A stretch of 64,000 nt of DNA from Alphaproteobacteria bacterium (GTDB taxonomy: Bacteria > Pseudomonadota > Alphaproteobacteria > JAJFFI01), in the NCBI GenBank assembly GCA_030066595.1, contig JASJBI010000061.1, forward strand, positions 346 through 64,345, in the 5' to 3' direction. A model generated the notes under the pieces. The model searched no databases, was not told where the DNA came from, and worked only from the letters and a program-made list of their open reading frames with translations. The position numbers and the translations under genes are program-made. The stretch's first letter is position 1, and every line of letters begins with the position of its first letter. Below, one piece after another: positions 11,234-23,533 of the stretch.

Positions 11234-12557
11234 GGCGCCGCAGAGCGACCGCCCCCCGTCTCGCGACGATGCGTGCGCGCTGATCGACCGGCTGGGGCCG
11301 TTCGAAGCATCGCCCCATGTGGCCGTGGCCGTCTCCGGCGGCGCCGACAGCCTGGCGCTGTGCCTGTTGACGCAGGACTGGGCCCGCGCCCGTGGCGGCA
11401 GGGTCACCGCGCTGACCGTCGACCACGGTCTCCGGCCGGAGGCGGCGGCGGAAGCGCGGCAGATCGGACGATGGCTCGCCAAACGCAAGATCGCCCATGT
11501 GACGCTGCGCTGGCGCACTGCAGCCGGCGGGCGTCAAGCCAACCTCCAGGCGCGCGCCCGGGAGGCGCGCTACCGGCTGATGCGCGACTGGTGCCGTAGC
11601 CACGAGGTGCTGCATCTGCTGACCGGCCATCAGCGGGAGGACCAGGCGGAAACGGTCTTGATGCGCCTGGGCCGCGGCAGCGGCGTCGACGGTCTGGCGG
11701 CCATTCCGCCGGTTCGCGAGTCCGCGGACGGGCGGACGCTGCGCCCTCTCCTTTCGGTGCCGCGCGCGCGGCTCGCGGCGACGCTTGCCGAGCGCGGGCA
11801 ACCCTGGATCGAGGATCCGTCCAATGTGGACGTCCGCCACGCGCGGGTGCGAATCCGCAACGCCCTCCCGCATTTGGCGCCGCTCGGCCTGACCGTGGAT
11901 CGTCTTGCCGAGACGGCGGATCGCATGGCACGCGCGCGCAACGCCCTGGACGTGGCGACCGCCGAGGTGCTCGTCCGGGCGGCCGCCGTCCATCCGGCGG
12001 GCTTCGCCGTCGTCGACTGCGGGGTTCTTGCGGCGGATCCCCCCGAGCTCGGCATGCGCGGGCTGGCGCGGCTCTTGATGACGGTTGCCGGCGCGGTCTA
12101 TCCGCCGCGCCTCGAACGGCTCGAGCGGCTCTATCGGGAACTCCTGTCTGACGACAGTCCCACCGGCAGGACGCTCGGCGGCTGCCGGCTCGTGCCCCTG
12201 GTACGGGCGCGAGACGCCGGCAGATGGCTGGTCTGCCGCGAACCCGCCGCTGCGGCCCCGGACCTTCGCCTGCCCGCCGACGGAGAAGTCTGTTGGGATG
12301 GACGGTTCCGGGTTACGCGAGCCCGGCGCGGCCGGCCCATGTGGATCGGCAAACTGGGCCGTGTGTCGGGACCATCGTTGCCGGCCGCAGCGCGGGCGCG
12401 GCTCGCCGACCTCCCAGGCGCCGTGCGGTCCACACTGCCGGCGCTGCGCGATGCGCGGGGCATTGTTGCAGTGCCCCATATCGGGTTTCTGCGCGCCGCA
12501 ACGCGTCCGGCGACGCTGCCACGCGTGCGCTTCGCGCCGGCACAGCCGTTAACTTAG
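11223..12557 (+). CDS. tilS: tRNA(Ile)-lysidine synthetase TilS; start uncertain (TTG 11223; track ORF starts 11118 inside cpoB)
   Basis: PP-loop VAVAVSGGADSLAL, HLLTGHQREDQAET; conserved tilS-ftsH linkage. Confidence 0.8.
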   Translation: MAAEAPQSDRPPSRDDACALIDRLGPFEASPHVAVAVSGGADSLALCLLTQDWARARGGRVTALTVDHGLRPEAAAEARQIGRWLAKRKIAHVTLRWRTAAGGRQANLQARAREARYRLMRDWCRSHEVLHLLTGHQREDQAETVLMRLGRGSGVDGLAAIPPVRESADGRTLRPLLSVPRARLAATLAERGQPWIEDPSNVDVRHARVRIRNALPHLAPLGLTVDRLAETADRMARARNALDVATAEVLVRAAAVHPAGFAVVDCGVLAADPPELGMRGLARLLMTVAGAVYPPRLERLERLYRELLSDDSPTGRTLGGCRLVPLVRARDAGRWLVCREPAAAAPDLRLPADGEVCWDGRFRVTRARRGRPMWIGKLGRVSGPSLPAAARARLADLPGAVRSTLPALRDARGIVAVPHIGFLRAATRPATLPRVRFAPAQPLT

Positions 12558-12737
12558 ACCAGTGTTGGTTTGTGTTGTTTTAAGACTGAGATAAACTATC
12601 TCTACACTACGTGAATGCTAGGCTCCTGCCGCGCGAGATAGCCTGCAAATTCGGGAAAACGGCATAGTTACAGGCCTCTGGCGGCGTCGCAGGACCCTTA
12701 ACTGCTCCGATGGCAGCGAACAGGAAGGGCGTTCGAA

Positions 12738-14675
<1,938 letters not shown>

Positions 14676-14715
14676 CGTCCTTTCCGTTTCGTCACACGGT
14701 GTTGATCGACGACGC

Positions 14716-14745
14716 AAGCCCCGGCCCGTTCCGGGGCTTGTCTTT
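14716..14745 (+). terminator. Candidate intrinsic terminator downstream of ftsH
   Basis: GCCCCGG-cccgtt-CCGGGGC stem-loop followed by TTGTCTTTT, 40 nt after the ftsH stop. Confidence 0.45.
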
Positions 14746-14860
14746 TCCGGAACCGGCGACGGGTCGGCTCTATCTCCGGCCGCTCGGCCTTGTGCCGCTG
14801 GCGCATCCAAGTGGGGACCCGGGGCTCTTGCCACTGGCTGGCGGGCCGTTCGCGTTTGGA

Positions 14861-15832
14861 CATGTGGAGCTGCTGCTGCGGGCACCGGACGGCATCAAAC
14901 GGGCCGTTGCGAGCCTCGCGACGCTCTCGGCCTGGGCGCGCCAGGAAGGCGCGGCCGCAGAGGCGTTCGTCGACGCATGGCGGGACCGAACGACAAAGGC
15001 CGCGCTTCGGATCGCCGGCCTCGTCCCCGACCGCCCGCACATCATGGGCATCGTCAACGTCACGCCGGACAGCTTTTCGGACGGCGGCGCCTTCTCTCGA
15101 CCCACCGACGCCATCGAACACGGCCGCGCGCTGGCGGCGGCCGGGGCGGATATCCTGGACATCGGCGGCGAATCAACCCGGCCGGGCGCTTCTCCGGTGT
15201 CCGCAGCAGAGCAATGCGACCGGGTGCGGCCGGTGATCGAGGGGTTGCGGGACGCCGGGGTACCGCTTGCGATCGACACCCGCGACGCCGCAGTCATGCG
15301 CGCCGCGGTCGCAGCCGGCGCCTCCATCATCAACGATGTGAGTGCGCTCGCCCATGATCCCGACAGCCTCGCCGCCGCACGGGAACTCGCGGTGCCGGTG
15401 ATCCTCACCCATATGCGCGGCGCGCCCGACACCATGGCCGACCGGGCCCGCTATGACGACGTGGCCCTGGATGTGTTCGACGAGTTGGAGGACCGCGTCG
15501 AGACCTGTGAGGCCTCGGGAATTCCGCGCGCATCGCTGATCGTCGACCCGGGCTTCGGATTCGCCAAGACCACACGCCAGAACGCGGCTCTGCTCGCGCG
15601 TCTGGGCATCCTGCACGGCCTCGGCTGCCCGATTGCCGTGGGCGCCTCGCGCAAGACCTTCGCCCCAGGGCAGGGCCGGCGCGCGGCGCGCGACAGACTG
15701 GCCGGCTCGCTGGCCGCCGGGTTGGCGGCAGTGGCCCAGGGCGCGCGCATGCTCCGCGTTCACGACGTGGCTGCCACCCGTGATGCGCTTACCACCTTCG
15801 GCGCAACGCTCGCACTGCGAGAAGACATATAG
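14861..15832 (+). CDS. folP: Dihydropteroate synthase FolP (core certain from ATG 15044; upstream start GTG 14861 uncertain)
   Basis: [25 protein letters not shown], pterin-binding fold; conserved ftsH-folP-glmM order. Confidence 0.8.
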   Translation, partial: HVELLLRAPDGIKRAVASLATLSAWARQEGAAAEAFVDAWRDRTTKAALRIAGLVPDRPHIMGIVNVTPDSFSDGGAFSRPTDAIEHGRALAAAGADILDIGGESTRPGASPVSAAEQCDRVRPVIEGLRDAGVPLAIDTRDAAVMRAAVAAGASIINDVSALAHDPDSLAAARELAVPVILTHMRGAPDTMADRARYDDVALDVFDELEDRVETCEASGIPRASLIVDPGFGFAKTTRQNAALLARLGILHGLGCPIAVGASRKTFAPGQGRRAARDRLAGSLAAGLAAVAQGARMLRVHDVAATRDALTTFGATLALREDI

Positions 15833-15888
15833 CGCCTCGGGGCAATTCTGCTATAAATCCCGCCTTCTTCGACGTGCTCGGCAGACTC

Positions 15889-17235
15889 ATGCCCGACAGA
15901 CTTTTCGGCACGGACGGCATTCGTGGCACCGCGAATGCCGAACCGATGACAGCAGAGACCGTCCTGCGGGTCGCCCTGGCGGCCGGTCTTCATTTCCGGC
16001 GCGGCGATCATCGGCATCTTGCCATCATCAGCAAGGACACACGGCTCTCCGGCTACATGCTCGAGCCGGCGCTAACCGCCGGCTTCATCGCCATGGGTAT
16101 GGACGTCGTGCTGGTCGGTCCGCTGCCGACGCCCGCGGTGGCCATGCTGACCCGATCCCTGCGCGCGGATCTCGGCGTCATGATCTCGGCCTCGCACAAC
16201 CCCTATCAGGACAACGGCATCAAGCTGTTCGGACCGGACGGGTACAAGCTTTCCGACGAGATCGAATCGGAGATCGAGGCTCATGTGAAGAACGGTGTCG
16301 GCCAGCACGTTGCCGCGCCTGACCGCCTTGGCCGGGCCACGCGGCTGGACGACGCAGCGGGCCGCTACATCGAGTTCGTCAAGAGCACCTTTCCTCCCGG
16401 TCTGCGGCTGGACGGCCTCAAAGTCGTCATCGATTGCGCCAACGGCGCTGCCTACAAGGTTGCACCCACCGTGCTCTGGGAGCTGGGGGCCGAGGTCGTC
16501 CCGGTGGCCGTGGACCCGGACGGGTTCAACATCAACAAGCTGTGCGGCGCAACCAGCCCCGACGCCTTGCGGCACGCGGTCGCGCATATGGGCGCGGATC
16601 TGGGCATTGCACTCGACGGCGACGCGGACCGGGTCATCCTGGCCGACGAGCACGGCGAGCTGATCGACGGCGACCAGGTGATGGCGTTGACCGCCGACTT
16701 CTGGCAGCGCGCGAACCGGCTCAAGGGGCGCGGCGTCGTCTCGACGGTGATGTCCAATCTGGGCCTGGAGCGCTATCTGCAGGAACACGGGCTCAAGCTC
16801 GCCCGCACCCAGGTGGGAGACCGTTACGTGGTCGAGCACATGCGGGCGAACGGATACAATGTCGGCGGAGAACAGTCCGGCCATATCGTGCTGAGCGACT
16901 ATACCACCACGGGCGACGGTCTGATCGCGGCCCTACAGACGCTCGCGGTGATCGTCGAGGCGCAGCGGCCGGCGAGCGAAGTGTGCCGGGTGTTCGAACC
17001 CCTGCCGCAGTTGCTCAAGAACGTGCCCTATAACGGCGGAGCGCCGCTCGAAAGCAAGTCCGTCTGCGCCGCGATCGCCGCCGGCGAAGGGCGGCTGGGT
17101 GACAAGGGGCGTCTCTTGATCCGGCCCTCGGGCACCGAGCCGGTGATCCGTGTCATGGCCGAGGGAGAGGACGAGGCCCTGATCGGGCAGGTCGTCGACA
17201 GCATCGCCGATGCCATTTCCCAGGCGGCGGGCTGA
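15889..17235 (+). CDS. glmM: Phosphoglucosamine mutase GlmM
   Basis: [21 protein letters not shown]; active-site serine loop [13 protein letters not shown]. Confidence 0.9.
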   Translation: MPDRLFGTDGIRGTANAEPMTAETVLRVALAAGLHFRRGDHRHLAIISKDTRLSGYMLEPALTAGFIAMGMDVVLVGPLPTPAVAMLTRSLRADLGVMISASHNPYQDNGIKLFGPDGYKLSDEIESEIEAHVKNGVGQHVAAPDRLGRATRLDDAAGRYIEFVKSTFPPGLRLDGLKVVIDCANGAAYKVAPTVLWELGAEVVPVAVDPDGFNINKLCGATSPDALRHAVAHMGADLGIALDGDADRVILADEHGELIDGDQVMALTADFWQRANRLKGRGVVSTVMSNLGLERYLQEHGLKLARTQVGDRYVVEHMRANGYNVGGEQSGHIVLSDYTTTGDGLIAALQTLAVIVEAQRPASEVCRVFEPLPQLLKNVPYNGGAPLESKSVCAAIAAGEGRLGDKGRLLIRPSGTEPVIRVMAEGEDEALIGQVVDSIADAISQAAG

Positions 17236-17249
17236 ATGGCGGCTCGGCG

Positions 17250-18059
17250 GTGAAAGGTCGCGTCCTCATCATCGCCGGTTCGGATTCGGGTGGCGGTGCC
17301 GGCATCCAGGCCGACATCAAGACGGTGACCTGCCTGGGCGGCTACGCCATGACGGCGGTCACCGCGCTCACCGCGCAGAACACCGAAGGCGTGCACGGCG
17401 TCCTTGGCGTGGACCCCGGCTTCATCGAGCAGCAAATGGCCGTGGTGCTGGACGACATCGGCGCCGACTGCATCAAGATCGGCATGCTGCACACGGCCGA
17501 GGTGATGGAGACGGTGGCGAAGGCCATCAAGCGGCTGGCGCCCGACGTCCCGGTCGTCGTCGACCCGGTGATGGTGGCCAAGGGCGGCGCCCGGCTGCTC
17601 GACGCGGACGCGACCGACGTGCTCAAGCGGGACATCATCCTGATCGCCGCGCTGCTCACCCCGAACATTCCGGAGGCCGAGGCCCTGACCGGGATGTCGA
17701 TTGCCGACCGTACCGAAATGGAGCACGCCGCCCAGATGCTGCACACGCTGGGTCCGGATGCGGTCCTCCTGAAGGGCGGCCATCTCGGCGGCAAGACGGT
17801 GGTCGACCTCCTGTGCGACGACAACGGTCTGCAGGCCTTCGAGGATCCGCGCGTCAAGACCCGCCATACCCACGGCACCGGCTGTACCCTGGCCTCGGCC
17901 ATCGCCACCGGCTTGGCCCAGGGCATGGCCTTGCCAGCCGCCGTCAAGCGCGCCCGGGCCTACCTCATGGCGGCCATCCGCTCGGCCCCCGGCTTGGGTC
18001 GCGGCCACGGCCCCTTGGACCACGGCCACACGGTGAAGAAGTCCGCCCAGGCGGGTTAG
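17250..18059 (+). CDS. thiD: Hydroxymethylpyrimidine/phosphomethylpyrimidine kinase ThiD
   Basis: VLIIAGSDSGGGAGIQADIKT, ribokinase-like PfkB fold; GTG start. Confidence 0.85.
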   Translation: MKGRVLIIAGSDSGGGAGIQADIKTVTCLGGYAMTAVTALTAQNTEGVHGVLGVDPGFIEQQMAVVLDDIGADCIKIGMLHTAEVMETVAKAIKRLAPDVPVVVDPVMVAKGGARLLDADATDVLKRDIILIAALLTPNIPEAEALTGMSIADRTEMEHAAQMLHTLGPDAVLLKGGHLGGKTVVDLLCDDNGLQAFEDPRVKTRHTHGTGCTLASAIATGLAQGMALPAAVKRARAYLMAAIRSAPGLGRGHGPLDHGHTVKKSAQAG

Positions 18060-18099
18060 GTCGCTCGTGAATTGAGGCGTATTGCCGCCGCCCCGCCGC

Positions 18100-18591
18100 C
18101 TACTTCGACGCCCGCTCCCGGCACACACTGCGCTTGAGCCAGCGGCTCGCCGCGGAGAATCCCATCAGGCTGAAAGTCTGGTCGCGCGGCGGCTCGCCGA
18201 TCGGCGTGAGCCGGATGCGCAGCTTCCTGCCGGCCCGGAAGGCCGGGATGACCTCTCGGGGCAGCTCGATCAGGTTGATATGATCGATGCTCGAGGCCGG
18301 GATCACGCCCGGCTTGCGCTTGTCCACCCGATAGGTCACTTCGCCTTCGAACCCCCGGAAGAAGGGCGTGAGGATGGCCGGCCCGCCGGTCCTGCCCATC
18401 GTGAGCTCAAGCTTGGACGGGTCGTCCTTGTAGGACTGCTTGATGTAGCAGTGCCCTTCGCCGGGCTTTTTTATCACAAGCCAGTCCCGCACACGCGCGA
18501 CCGAGTGTTTCTTTTCCCAGTCGGACCACTCCACCGCAAAGGCGGGCTGAGCCAGGGCCACAATCGACGCCGCCAAGATGAGCGGTCGCAC
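18100..18591 (-). CDS. Periplasmic hypothetical protein, possibly invasion-associated locus B (IalB) family
   Basis: Signal peptide MRPLILAASIVALAQPAFA, ~140-aa soluble domain with W/C pattern; the family assignment is from memory only. Confidence 0.4.
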   Translation of the reverse strand: MRPLILAASIVALAQPAFAVEWSDWEKKHSVARVRDWLVIKKPGEGHCYIKQSYKDDPSKLELTMGRTGGPAILTPFFRGFEGEVTYRVDKRKPGVIPASSIDHINLIELPREVIPAFRAGRKLRIRLTPIGEPPRDQTFSLMGFSAASRWLKRSVCRERASK

Positions 18592-18849
18592 CGTTCCGGT
18601 CTCCGGCGATTGTTTCGAGACGTTCCCGGAGAAAACCCTAACACGGGCAGCGGCCGCACATCCACGGGCGAGGGGGACACTCGCGACCGAAAGGTCACAT
18701 AAGGTGCAGTCATGTCACACTCCGCCGGTGGGACAGGAACCCCGATATGCCGAAGCGGTCGGCGGCTTGTAGGTTGCGCGGGTTGGGTTCACACTCATGC
18801 GCACGGGCGCTCACCCGTGATCGCCGCATGCCGCGAAATGGAGGGACAG

Positions 18850-19683
18850 ATGTCCGATCCTGAGGGCGTTTCGAACCACTACACGCACGGCGGCCTGCTC
18901 GACGCCATCCGGGCAGGGCTGGAACGTCTTGGCAAGTCGCCGGACACCGTGGATATCCAGGACCTCGGCCCCGTCGACGAATTCCACATCGGCGGCCGGG
19001 AGGCCTCAGAGCAGTTTCTCGATCAGCTCCAGCTGTCCGGCGACGACCATGTGCTCGATGTCGGTTGCGGGCTTGGAGGCGCGAGCCGATTTGTCGCCCA
19101 CCGCTACGGCAGCCGAGTCACCGGGGTCGACCTGACCGAAGAATATGTCGAGACCGGACGGGTTTTGTGTTCCTGGCTCGGCCTCGACCATCGCGTCGAC
19201 CTCCGGCAGGGCAGTGCCATGGCCCTGCCTCATCCGGATGGCGAATTCGACAAGGCTTACATGATGCATGTGGGCATGAACATCGCCGACAAGCAGGGCC
19301 TTTTCACGGAACTGCATCGGGCGCTGAAGCCGGGCGGCAGGCTGGGAGTTTACGACGTCATGCGCGTCGGCGAAGGAGAGCTCACATTCCCGGTCCCTTG
19401 GGCGATGACGGCGGAAACCAGCGCGCTCGACGCACCCGAGACCTACAAGAGCGGGCTGAGCGCCGCGGGCTTTCGTGTCGTCGCCGAGCGCAACCGCCGG
19501 GACTTCGCTCTGGACTTTTTCGCGCGGCTTCAAGCGAACACGGCCGCCGCGGGTGGCCCGCCGCCACTGGGGCTCCACATTCTCATGGGCGAGACGGCGC
19601 CGACGAAGATCAAGAACATGATCGAAAACATCTCGGAAGGCCGCATCGCCCCCGTCGAACTGATTGCCGAGAAGTTGCCTTGA
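18850..19683 (+). CDS. Class I SAM-dependent methyltransferase
   Basis: Motif I VLDVGCGLGG, motif post-I/II; GGAGGGA Shine-Dalgarno before ATG 18850. Confidence 0.75.
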   Translation: MSDPEGVSNHYTHGGLLDAIRAGLERLGKSPDTVDIQDLGPVDEFHIGGREASEQFLDQLQLSGDDHVLDVGCGLGGASRFVAHRYGSRVTGVDLTEEYVETGRVLCSWLGLDHRVDLRQGSAMALPHPDGEFDKAYMMHVGMNIADKQGLFTELHRALKPGGRLGVYDVMRVGEGELTFPVPWAMTAETSALDAPETYKSGLSAAGFRVVAERNRRDFALDFFARLQANTAAAGGPPPLGLHILMGETAPTKIKNMIENISEGRIAPVELIAEKLP

Positions 19684-19855
19684 TGCGGTGAGCGACCGAC
19701 CCACGGGACTGGGGTCTCGACCCATGTTTTCACGAATGGCGCGCCTGGCCCGCGCTGACGGCCTCCTGCGCGCCGATTCTTAAGCCGTTTGACGTTTGGT
19801 GCCGATCCGCTCAAAAGAAGCGTCGAGATCGATAGGCTCCCGAGAGGTTCCGAGC

Positions 19856-20995
19856 ATGGCCGCGACGCAGCAGCCCTCCGACGAGGCGGCCCTTCAGAAG
19901 AGAACGGTCGAAACAATCATTCGCGTGGGCGTGATCGTCGTTCTGATCGCCTGGTGCTTTCTGATCGTCTGGCCCTTTGTCACCCCTCTGGTCTGGGGGG
20001 TGATCATCGCCATGGCGACCTATTCCGGCTACCGCTGGCTGTTGACGGTACTCGGCGGCCGCCGCGTGGCGGCGGCTTCGGTCTACTCGCTGGTCATGCT
20101 GATCCTCCTGATCGGACCGATGGTCGTTTTGGCCGAGACCCTGGTCGACGGCGCACGCCAGTTGGCCGAGGCCCTCATCGACGGCAGGCTGACCATTCCG
20201 CCGCCACCCGACGGCGTTCGCGACTGGCCGCTGATCGGCGAACCCGTACAGAAGTACTGGTCGCTCGCCTCGGAGGACATCAGCGCAGCCCTGAGCAAGA
20301 TCGCCCCGCAGCTCAGGGCATTGGGTCGCTGGCTGCTGTCGGTCGCGGCGGGGGTCGGTTTCGGCGTGCTGCAGTTCGTGTTTGCGATCGTCATCGCGGG
20401 CATACTGGTTGTGCATGCCGGCGGCGGCCGCGACGCCAGCCTGGCGATCGCCACCCGTCTGGCCGGCGATCGCGGCCGCGATTACATCGAACTGGCGCGA
20501 TCGACCGTCCGGAGCGTCGCGCGCGGCATCTTGGGCGTCTCGCTGATCCAGACCGGCCTGGCGGGCCTGGGCTTTCTCGCGGTCGGCATACCCGGAGCGG
20601 GCTTCCTGGCCCTGATCTGCCTGTTGTTTTCCGTTGTCCAGATCGGCGTCTTCCCGGTCCTGATCCCGGTGGTGATTTACGTTTTCGTTGAAATGGACAC
20701 GATGACCGCGATCTTGTTCACGGTCTGGAACGTCATCGTCGGCTTCACGGACAATGCCTTGAAGCCCCTGTTGCTGGGTCGGGGCGTCAAAGTGCCGATG
20801 CCGGTGATCTTCATCGGCGCGATCGGCGGGCTCCTGACGTCGGGGATCGTGGGTCTGTTTGTCGGCCCGGTCGTCCTGGCCCTCGGCTATACGCTGTTTC
20901 TGGTCTGGCTCGACGACGGTCCCGAGCAGCTGCCCGGACACACGGGGCCGGACACTCCCGCAAGCGACAGCCCCGCTCGCCGTTCACATGATTGA
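19856..20995 (+). CDS. AI-2E family transporter (PerM/YhhT, UPF0118)
   Basis: ~8 TM, typical AI-2E topology and length; ATG 19856 has an upstream GAGAGG. Confidence 0.8.
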   Translation: MAATQQPSDEAALQKRTVETIIRVGVIVVLIAWCFLIVWPFVTPLVWGVIIAMATYSGYRWLLTVLGGRRVAAASVYSLVMLILLIGPMVVLAETLVDGARQLAEALIDGRLTIPPPPDGVRDWPLIGEPVQKYWSLASEDISAALSKIAPQLRALGRWLLSVAAGVGFGVLQFVFAIVIAGILVVHAGGGRDASLAIATRLAGDRGRDYIELARSTVRSVARGILGVSLIQTGLAGLGFLAVGIPGAGFLALICLLFSVVQIGVFPVLIPVVIYVFVEMDTMTAILFTVWNVIVGFTDNALKPLLLGRGVKVPMPVIFIGAIGGLLTSGIVGLFVGPVVLALGYTLFLVWLDDGPEQLPGHTGPDTPASDSPARRSHD

Positions 20996-22372
20996 GAGGT
21001 CGGCGCCCGGGTCCGGGCCGGCGCGCAGGATATCGGCGAGGCGCTTGAGCCCGGTCCGCAGCAGCTCGACGGTCGGGGGCTGGCCCAGGCTGATCCTGAG
21101 CGCGCGCGGCGGCATCGCGCCCGGCAGGGTGAACGGGGCCTCGGTCGCCAAGACCACCCCGCGCTCCCGCGCCGCGGCGGAAAAGGCGTCCGTGGTCCAG
21201 GGTGTAGGCAGTTCGAACCAGACATGCAGCGCGCCCTCCGCCGCTTTGACGCCCCATTCGCCGAGGACCTCCTCCGCGATCGCCATGCGTTCCGCGGCCC
21301 AGCGGCGATGGGTCTCGACGATGCGATCGGCGGTGCCGTCCGTGATCCAGCGGGCGGCGATCTCGGCCAAGAGCGGCGGCGCCATCCAGCAGGTGGCGCG
21401 CACCGCATTGCGCGCGCGCATCACCAGCTCGCTCGGCGGCACGATGTAGCCGATCCGCAGTCCCGGCCCCACCGTCTTCGACAGGCTGGTCAGATAAACC
21501 GAATTGTCGGGCGCCCAATGTGCGATCGGAGGCCGCGGCTCCCGCAGCATCAGGCCCATCAGATCGTCCTCGATCAGGTATGCCTCGTGGCGCCGGATGA
21601 TCTCGGCGATGGCCTGGCGCCGCGCCGGCGACATGACCACATTGGTCGGATTTTGCAGGCTGGGCACGCAGCAGACCACCCGGATGCCGTTGGCGCAGGC
21701 GCGGTCGACCGCCTCCGGCACCAGCCCGTCCCGATCGATCGGCAAGGGCTCCAGCCGGCAGCCGAGCATGGTCGCCGCCGTCTTGACGCCGGGGAAACAG
21801 AGCTCTTCACCGGCGATGCGATCGCCCGGGCGGGTCGTGGAGGACAGGGCCACGACTAGGGCGTGCTGGGCGCCGGCGGTCACGATCACCTGATCCGGGG
21901 AGACGGTATAGCCGGCGCGCGCGATCCACGCCGCGCCCGCGGCGCGATGCTCCGGCTGGCCGCCGTGATCCTGGTAGTTGAGCAGACGCAGTGTCTGGGG
22001 ATCGTCCGCGAGCTCGCGCAGACTGCGCGGCAGATCGACGCGCTGCGCGCCCGGCGCCGGGTAGTTCAGCATCAGATCGATGACGCCGTCGTCGGCCTCG
22101 GCCGCGGCCAACATGAGATCCTCGCTGGCCGGACCCTGCACGTAAGTGCCGCGCCCCACCTCACCCGAGACCAGCCCGCGCCGCTCCAGCTCGCCATAGG
22201 CCCGGGTCACGGTGCCCACGGTGACGCCGAGTTGCCAGGCGAGGTCCCGGTGGGTCGGCAGCCGCGCGCCGGGCCCGAGGGCGCCCGAGGCGATGTCTTC
22301 CGCCAGCACATCCGCGATTGCCTTGTAGCGGGGGCCGGCGCGTTCCGAGAGCACGTCCACAGAAATTGTCAT
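20984..22372 (-). CDS. MocR/GntR family transcriptional regulator with PLP-dependent aminotransferase-like domain
   Basis: N-terminal GntR wHTH (ARLPTHRDLAWQLGVTVGTVTRAY), C-terminal fold-type I aminotransferase domain; 462 aa. Confidence 0.85.
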   Translation of the reverse strand: MTISVDVLSERAGPRYKAIADVLAEDIASGALGPGARLPTHRDLAWQLGVTVGTVTRAYGELERRGLVSGEVGRGTYVQGPASEDLMLAAAEADDGVIDLMLNYPAPGAQRVDLPRSLRELADDPQTLRLLNYQDHGGQPEHRAAGAAWIARAGYTVSPDQVIVTAGAQHALVVALSSTTRPGDRIAGEELCFPGVKTAATMLGCRLEPLPIDRDGLVPEAVDRACANGIRVVCCVPSLQNPTNVVMSPARRQAIAEIIRRHEAYLIEDDLMGLMLREPRPPIAHWAPDNSVYLTSLSKTVGPGLRIGYIVPPSELVMRARNAVRATCWMAPPLLAEIAARWITDGTADRIVETHRRWAAERMAIAEEVLGEWGVKAAEGALHVWFELPTPWTTDAFSAAARERGVVLATEAPFTLPGAMPPRALRISLGQPPTVELLRTGLKRLADILRAGPDPGADLSIM

Positions 22373-22467
22373 GGTGACAATATAATCATTGATCGCCGGA
22401 TTGTGTCAAGATAATAATGACAATCGGAGAGTAGGAGCGGATTCAACCCGAACCAATGGAGGATTGT

Positions 22468-22743
22468 ATGGGTACAATCCAATTGAGTCACCGACCCGCG
22501 GCCTACTCGGGTCCCGGGTCGCCCGATCGCTACACCGGCAAGCGCCTCGATCTCACGGTCGGGGGCGTCTGGTCGCTGATCAAGACCGCGGCACGTCTCT
22601 CGGTGGAGACCCTGTTGCTGTGGCAGGAGCGCTACCGCATGCGGCGCAAGCTCTTGGAGCTCGACAACCGGATGCTGGAGGACATCGGCCTGAGCCGCGC
22701 CGAGATTTGGCGCGAGGCCAGCAAGCCGTTCTGGCGGGCGTAG
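22468..22743 (+). CDS. DUF1127 domain small protein (YjiS-like)
   Basis: WQERYRMRRKLLELDNRMLEDIGLSRAEI is the DUF1127 signature; GGAGGA Shine-Dalgarno 4 nt before ATG 22468. Confidence 0.65.
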   Translation: MGTIQLSHRPAAYSGPGSPDRYTGKRLDLTVGGVWSLIKTAARLSVETLLLWQERYRMRRKLLELDNRMLEDIGLSRAEIWREASKPFWRA

Positions 22744-22750
22744 CCGGGCC

Positions 22751-23533
22751 ATGGAGATCCCCTTCTATCAGGTGGACGCGTTCACGAGCCGCGCTCTCGG
22801 CGGCAACCCGGCGGCCGTCTGCCCGCTGGACAGCTGGCTCGACGAGGCGCTGATGCAGGACATCGCGGCCGAGAACAACCTCTCGGAGACGGCCTATTTC
22901 GTGCCGAAGGGCGACGACTTCGAGATCCGCTGGTTCACGCCGACCGTGGAGATGGACCTGGCCGGCCACCCGACCTTGGCGACGGCCCATGTCATTTTCA
23001 GCGAGTTGAACCTGCGCCGCGAGCGGGTGCTGTTCCACACCAAGCTGGGCGACCAGCTGGACGTCCGCCGGGAGCATGGCCGCATCGCCATGGACTTTCC
23101 GGCCCGGCCGCCGGCGCCGGGCCTGGACTCCGCCGAAGTGGCCGCCGCGCTGGGCGGACAGCCGGTCGAGGTGCTGACCGCACGCGACGGGCTCGCCGTG
23201 TTCGAGCACGAATCGCAGGTGGCGGCCCTGGCCCCGGACATGACCCGGGTCGCCGCGTTGGACTGCTTTGGCGTCATCGCCACCGCGCCGGGCGAGGAGT
23301 CGGATTTCGTCTCCCGTTACTTCGCGCCCGGCGCCGGGGTGGCGGAGGATCCGGTCACCGGCTCGGCCCACTGCACGCTGATCCCGTATTGGGCAAACAA
23401 GCTCGGCAAATCCGAATTGTTCGCGCGACAGATCTCCCGGCGGGGCGGCGAACTTTGGTGCCGCGCCGAGGGCGACCGGGTCGTGATCGCTGGCGAGGCG
23501 GTCACCGTGATCCGCGGGACCCTGCACCTGTGA
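22751..23533 (+). CDS. PhzF family phenazine-biosynthesis-like isomerase
   Basis: MEIPFYQVDAFTSRALGGNPAAVC ... SETAYF ... diaminopimelate-epimerase-like fold of the PhzF family. Confidence 0.85.
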   Translation: MEIPFYQVDAFTSRALGGNPAAVCPLDSWLDEALMQDIAAENNLSETAYFVPKGDDFEIRWFTPTVEMDLAGHPTLATAHVIFSELNLRRERVLFHTKLGDQLDVRREHGRIAMDFPARPPAPGLDSAEVAAALGGQPVEVLTARDGLAVFEHESQVAALAPDMTRVAALDCFGVIATAPGEESDFVSRYFAPGAGVAEDPVTGSAHCTLIPYWANKLGKSELFARQISRRGGELWCRAEGDRVVIAGEAVTVIRGTLHL

